A stretch of DNA of 64,000 nucleotides, taken from the NCBI RefSeq assembly GCF_018977255.1, contig NW_024704745.1, positions 25,978,001 through 26,042,000 of the forward strand. The letters run 5' to 3'. A model generated the notes under the pieces. That model saw only the letters and a list, made by a program, of their open reading frames with translations. It was not told where the DNA came from and did not search any database. The translations under genes were made by a program, and so were the position numbers. This DNA comes from Callorhinchus milii. Taxonomy: Eukaryota. This document shows, one piece after another, positions 57,976 through 64,000 of this stretch (position 1 is its first letter; each line of letters begins with the position of its first letter).

Positions 57976-60900
57976 TTACTGAAATGGGTAAGTGTTTCCA
58001 TTCACAGTGTATACATCCAGAAGGAAGTTGCAAAATACTTTTTTCAGGTTTCAATTCAGCTTGAATTATTTTGTACAAGAGTGTTTATTACAGCCATGGG
58101 GCAAATTAAAGTGCTGCTGAAACCACCTTCTGTCCAGAACATTTACCAACTGAGCCTAGGGTGGGTGGAGGAAGCCAATGTGATTCATAATTTGTTGTTC
58201 AGCCAGTTTACATTTTAAATCCTTGAATTTGCCTCCGTAAATGTTACAAAATTAAATGTTTTTATGATTGTTGGTATTAGCTTAACCATTGGATACATTC
58301 TCTGTTATGTTTATATTTATATTCAAATGTGTCATCAAAATGCAATTTTTAGCATGTTGTGAGGTAACATTATACAAGATATTATTTTTAACTGTATTAA
58401 TTGAGCTAGATTTTGAGACAGAGGAGGAAATTAATTCAAATTCCTATTCTCAATAAATTATAGAAATGAGACAGTTAAAAACCATGGTTAGAAAGCAATG
58501 ACTTGCAATATTAATAATTTTAAGAAACATTAGGTTTGATTTATTTTGCAATGTTAGAGGCTAGTTTACGGCTTTCATTATTTTATTTATCTGCCTTTTG
58601 ATTTTCTCCAGACCAACTGGCCCACCAACTATTACATTCAGAAGGCGATTTGATCCTAAATCCCACTTCTGAATTTAGCAGTGTTTCTCTAGTACTAAGG
58701 CTAGGTAAATCCCGTGGGAGTTCTACCACACTGTATAATATTTATATCACCACAATACCATAGATCTGTCTTTAGTCTGACAGGGTATATGAAACTGTTG
58801 TTATATATGTGTATATAAACAAAATGAAACCACGGAAAGCTAAACAACGGTACCCGTTGGTAATCGAAAGTGTCACTCTGACCCGGCTGATCTCCACAAT
58901 CTACTTCCACCCACACTGATTGAGTTTGAGTTCCCATGAAACGCAATTCTAGTTGCTGTCACAATTATTTGCAGTTTGGAGTCACTATTACTGACTCCAA
59001 TTACATTAAATCTCAATGCAAATTTAATTGAAGTGAAGACACTGCAGAAGGTCAAATGTATCATTGGAGTATGAATTTTTATACAATTCCCCCCAAATAA
59101 ACATATTTGAGTCTTAAAAATAATTTATCAAGTTGATAAGTTGGTACGTATTTTTCTGAGGGTGAAAGGCTTTCGATTGGATGGCTACTGCATAATGGAA
59201 ATGATCCTGTAGAGTTTTAATATGTTATTGACTGATTAGAATTAGAACAGAACAAGGCGTCTTGTTTGCAAAAACTGCCAAGTCACAGGAGATTTGCTTA
59301 TCTCACTTTCAATCAATAGGATTTTTGTAACTTATATCATATCCCCAGTCAAAACAGACAACCTAATTACTTACAAAGTGCTAAAATAATTACTCCATGA
59401 GAGGAGCTTCCCATTGGAATTTTTCAGAATAAGCTCTGCCTAATAAGTTTGTTAATGTAACCACATTCTTAGATGAGTCTGAAAATTGATCATAGCTGCT
59501 TGTCGAACATAATTAGAAACACATTGCGGGTGATAAAGTTTACTTTCATGCATTAAGCACCAATTTTTCATTATGTATTAAATTATGACATTTATAATTC
59601 TTCTTACAGTCTATAAAATGAATACTCTGACAACATGCAATTATATTGCAGGTCCGACCTAGTATCCACAGTCCATTTTACTTCTAGTCTTTCATCTTTG
59701 AGTGGGCCTTGTCCAGAAAGACCTTTTCTTGAAGGCATTAAAGACAAGTACAATTGCTGAGAGTACTGCAAATGAGAAATAATACATCTTTAAAATGAGA
59801 GCTGTGGAGATGGTCCCTTCCTAAATTAAACCAAACCGGAAACCAGAGCTTCACAATTGTGACCTATTTGTTATAATAATACAAATTATAGAAGCAGTAA
59901 AAAATGTGACTGATAGTTCCGTTTGTTGTTTGGCCCTGAGCCTTCCTATTGATAAATTGGAATATCCTGACTTATTCTAGTGCACAGTGCACTCAATTTA
60001 ATTGTATAGCAATGTCTAGTTACCGAAATTCGTTATTTAATTGTATTGCACTTCAGTCAAATGCATATCGGTTACTTGCATAATTCGTTTAATTGCATGA
60101 AAGATAGCCAGTTGATTTCATTTGCAACTGTGTAATTAGTTTAGATAATTGCATTGGTTGAGGAGTTGATCGTGTGAGGTGTACAAGCTCTATAATGCAA
60201 TCATGTTGTTGTTGTTGTTGTATCACTGGGTTCCTGCTCTAGAGCCCACGTGACCCTTCACAGTGTATCTCTTAATACGTTTTGTTGTAACACTCACCCA
60301 AGTCACAGACTTTTCAAGGCAGTACATTTTAAATTATATTTTCGGTCCCTAAACCAAAATCGCGCTAAAAGTGAAACGGCTTATATTAACACAAACTCTA
60401 TATACAGACAATCTACAGCAAATATAATTAGGACTAGGTACAGCATTAATAAAAACATGGTGTCCGTGACAGTGCTGCTAATGAACCTTGTGTAACTGCC
60501 CACTTTGTATAATTGCATGGCAACTGTCTGTTCCCAACTCCATGCAGTAATACAGAGTGCACTGGATTTTGTATACTATTTCTTTGAATTAATTTGCACC
60601 ATTTTTTTTAAAAAAGGGATTTTTTTATCAGAATCTCTAACAATTCACAGGAGATATTCTCTGATGAGGTGCATTGTGTTCAAGTGGTGTTATCATGGTT
60701 ACCTGAAATGTACAGTACTTCTGGTTATTGTTAGGTGCTCTAAGACGCAAACCTGCATGATGGATGCTATACAAATTGTTGTTATTGAAAAGAATCCCCA
60801 CTTGCACCACATGGCTTCATTATTAAGGGAAGCTGTTTATTATTGGATTTTTAAGAAATACTACAAGTTAGATCAGAATAATTAAGAAACAAGTAATTAG

Positions 60901-61142
60901 TGAAAATCCTATTTTATTAGATGGCAAAGAAATAAGATTAGTGAATTGTGTCCCATGTGGAGGCATAATTTGATTCACTATTTGAAATTCTCAGAACCAT
61001 TTTAGATTCTGGGAACTTGAGGCAGCCATTTTAGATATTGTCACAAACTGTTGGTCCAAGACAGATGCTGCGAGATACAGAAACTCACTGCCTACTCTTG
61101 AAGATTCATTCAGGGAATTCAGACTGGATTGGACCAGATTTT

Positions 61143-61180
61143 ATAATAATAATCCTTGCATTTGATATAGCGCTTTTCAC
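61143..61180 (-). mobile_element. Family A SINE tail-only insertion
   Basis: ATAATAATAATCCTTGCATTTGATATAGCGCTTTTCACG; truncated within the stem-loop. Confidence 0.75.
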
Positions 61181-63372
61181 GGTTTTGAAGTTAAAGGACA
61201 AAGGGGATTTTCTTATCTCGTGTTCAGTCAATTGCATTTTCGAAAATCATTATAGCCCAGCCAAAAGAGTCAGCTCTCATTTATGAAGAACACTGCTGTA
61301 CTTTGTAATTTTAAAGCAGTAACCTGTGCCCCACTGGTGTGCTTTGTGTTTTTTGTCTTTGCTGCTTTCATCCATAGCAGCTTGCAAGCATCAACCGGCA
61401 TTCTTTCAGTGTTTGCCTTGAGGCATGTCCATCCACAGTTACAAAGATTCCCTTCCACAAAGACTTCACCTTGTATCCCACGTAAAGTGAATGACTTTTT
61501 ATAAATTATAGATGCACAGAATTGCTCATAATGCCTTGCAGTTAATCATCCTGTTGTGTGCTCCCATATTTTGATTTTCCTTGTAAATAAAGCCTAATCC
61601 CTTGAGGAACAGGTCAAGTGTGGGTGAAGGAAACTTGTTTAGAATTCATTATATTCCGTGTCCACAGCCTCCGGATTTAGATGCTGCGGCCATCATCCAT
61701 TAGATCACTGTTCAGATTAACAGTTTAAATAATCTGTTCTGAATCCAATGTAACAGTAAGAGGCAGTAAGTGCTATCTCTGAGGTATTTGGCTTGAATAA
61801 AGCTGACAGTTTGGAGAAAAAAATGGGGTGACTTCAGGCCAACTCACAGCGCCTGCCACAGAAGTTAATACTCATGCTTCACTGACTGGGACTAAGCCAT
61901 AATGGGATGTTTGCAAATGGCTGCACCATAGCTTCAGTTCAGGAGGGCAAAGTGTACAGAGTCCAGATTCTGCTGGATAATAGTGCATTATTATTTCTGC
62001 TCCTCAACTTGATCATCAAAAATGAAATGAAAAATTAATCGGATATCATGCAGTGCTCGGGCACCAGCTCATCGCAGATGATGCAGGGAAAACTGAGTTT
62101 GTTCCTTCTACTTGTGTAGGAAGCTTTACCTTGGAATGATTCACTCTGATAGATAGAGTGGCACAAAATAAATATTTACTTAACATTAGTTTAAAGCTGA
62201 GTACCCTTTCAGCGATGCTCTCAAGGCAACCTGGCAGCTGATTTCCGTAGGGCATACGTGCCATCCAGTGGGCAACAAAATAATCAATGTTGCAATACAG
62301 AGGAAAGGGCATTGGAGTAAATAAAAATACTTGCAATTTGTTTGCCTTCCAATATAGTCAAAAACAAATTTAAAAATGCAAACATCTGTCCTCATTTTGT
62401 CATCTATGCCCTGTTACTTTTTGCAATTTTTATACATTGTATTCATTGCAATGCAATGTGTGGTTTTGCTACAAACAACTTCATTACCCTCAACTGAAAT
62501 TTCAGTTGATCTCCCCAAAGCAAGCATTTGCTTTTTTAATGAATCTTAGGAAAATTAGTTTTCTTTATTTGGCAAAGTTCAATATGACAAGGCAAAATTA
62601 AAATATAAGGTACTGTAGGGCAAGTTTTAATTCACCATACTCTCTAATTAAATACACACAAAATAAATCTTGCTAAGTTGTTAATGGTTTTCTCCAATAA
62701 TGATATATTCTATATCAGTACTTAACAGGATAATGGCTCAGTCTAGACATTTGGCAGAACAAGGAATTCCATTTTAATTCAAAAAGTGCTTGCTGAGTGG
62801 CCCTGTATAAACACCCAGGTTTCACCTTAATATCAGCTTAGACACGCCATTCACCACAGACTAATGACATGCTTCTTGTACTATAATTGATGAATTTTCC
62901 TAGGACACTCAGTGGAGCTGTCACTGTGTCTGCAACTGTTGACTGAACAATGATTAAGGCCCCATCAAAGTTTGTTACAGATATGTTCCCATGATGGTCA
63001 GTCATTGAAGTTCAGTTGTATCCTAGGGTAAATGGATATGTGTATAGTATGTGTCCCTTGAGCACAATAAAGGATTCAGGACCGTGGATAGGCTAAGAAA
63101 CAAAAAAATAGGAACAAAACACGACAACATAAATGAAGCCTGCAGCACCAAACATCACATCTGTTTATCTTGCATTAAATCAATTCCATGCTACTGTGTG
63201 AAATTTTAAATAGAAAATTAAACTAAGATCAGGTCTGCTTAAGGGAGACAGCTGTATTACTTTAGTTTAGAAATGAGGCAAAATGATCAGCACTGATTCC
63301 ATTAGTGTGCTTGCTGGCTGTAATAAATATACTTTATTTATATATATGTGTGTGTATATATAAATATATATG

Positions 63373-63465
63373 TCCTTGTATTTGATATAGTGCCTTATCA
63401 CATTGTTGACACTTCTCAAAGTGCCTCACAGAATACACTGTGAAGAATATTTTGTGGGTGAAGCC
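63373..63465 (-). mobile_element. Family A SINE 3' fragment preceded by a (TA)n/(TG)n microsatellite
   Basis: TCCTTGTATTTGATATAGTGCCTTATCACA...CACAGAATACACTGTGAAG. Confidence 0.75.
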
Positions 63466-63744
63466 ACAAACTCTGTATCCAGGGATGTGATTGGAGGAGG
63501 TGGCAGAAGGGTCTATACAACTGTGCCAAAATATAAAATCATTCCGCTTACACAGACTCAGGGTTCAGACTCCAAAGCTGATCTTCTGCTGCCCATTCTA
63601 CATTGCTTTGAATCAAGCTTAAAAACAATCACTTGATCTTGGCACATTGGTGTATGTTCAGGACTCCAGAATAAAGTGTTTGCCTTTTAATGTTCTAAAG
63701 GAGTACAAAAAAACAGTATTTATATGGTGCCCTTAAAACATAAT

Positions 63745-64000
63745 AATGTCAAAGAGGAGCATGGGGAGGTGACTATAGGCGCAGCATGGATGGAAATTAA
63801 CACCACGTTTGCCAATGATGTCATAAAAGGAGCATAAAAAAGGAATGAACCGATAAGTGAGCCCTGAAGTACTCTGCAGGTGATCGGATGAGGAGAAACT
63901 GTTTTGGGAGACAAAGTGCAAGTGGTGGGTGGAACAAACACAATTGGAATCAGGAGAGTGTGGTTTCATGGAGGTAGATGAGAAAGGTGAGGTGATTGAG
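63745..64000 (-). mobile_element. Old L2 RT fragment running off the window edge
   Basis: HPITCRVLQGSLIGSFLF resembles the L2 GVPQGSxLGPxLF motif. Confidence 0.65.

Noticed and set aside
60505-60885. 126-aa ORF in the repeat-poor region
   Set aside because: Non-ATG start, composition typical of AT-rich non-coding DNA, no recognisable domain or splice context
1-64000. Prokaryotic-type systems (operons, CRISPR arrays, defence islands)
   Set aside because: Very low coding density and a vertebrate LINE/SINE landscape; no regularly spaced repeat-spacer array seen

Overview
AT-rich vertebrate non-coding DNA, most likely from a cartilaginous fish. That assignment is an inference from the repeat content: CR1 with (ATTCTATG)n tails, L2 with (TTG)n tails, Deu-domain SINEs resembling dogfish SacSINE1, a Penelope-like GIY-YIG end, and a Harbinger transposase relic. 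I could not identify any host protein-coding gene. Every ORF in the track with recognisable homology is a retroelement or transposon fragment. The window holds two long but disrupted L2 LINEs, many 5'-truncated L2 and CR1 pieces, a young tRNA-Ala-headed SINE family that shares a covarying 3' stem-loop with L2, and older Deu-SINEs. Other notable structures are a Penelope-like 3' end with a decayed minimal hammerhead ribozyme, a ~175-bp inverted duplication, a nested-palindrome hairpin, an unrecognised 3-copy repeat, one well-formed non-coding exon candidate and several enhancer-like repeat-poor blocks. L2 copies are strongly biased to the minus strand, which suggests an intron of a plus-strand transcript. 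The most system-like observation is the L2/SINE partnership, together with the structured promoter-like 5' end of the long L2. I cannot claim a wholly new biological system from the sequence alone. Coordinates and identities were read by eye, and boundaries of old repeats are approximate.
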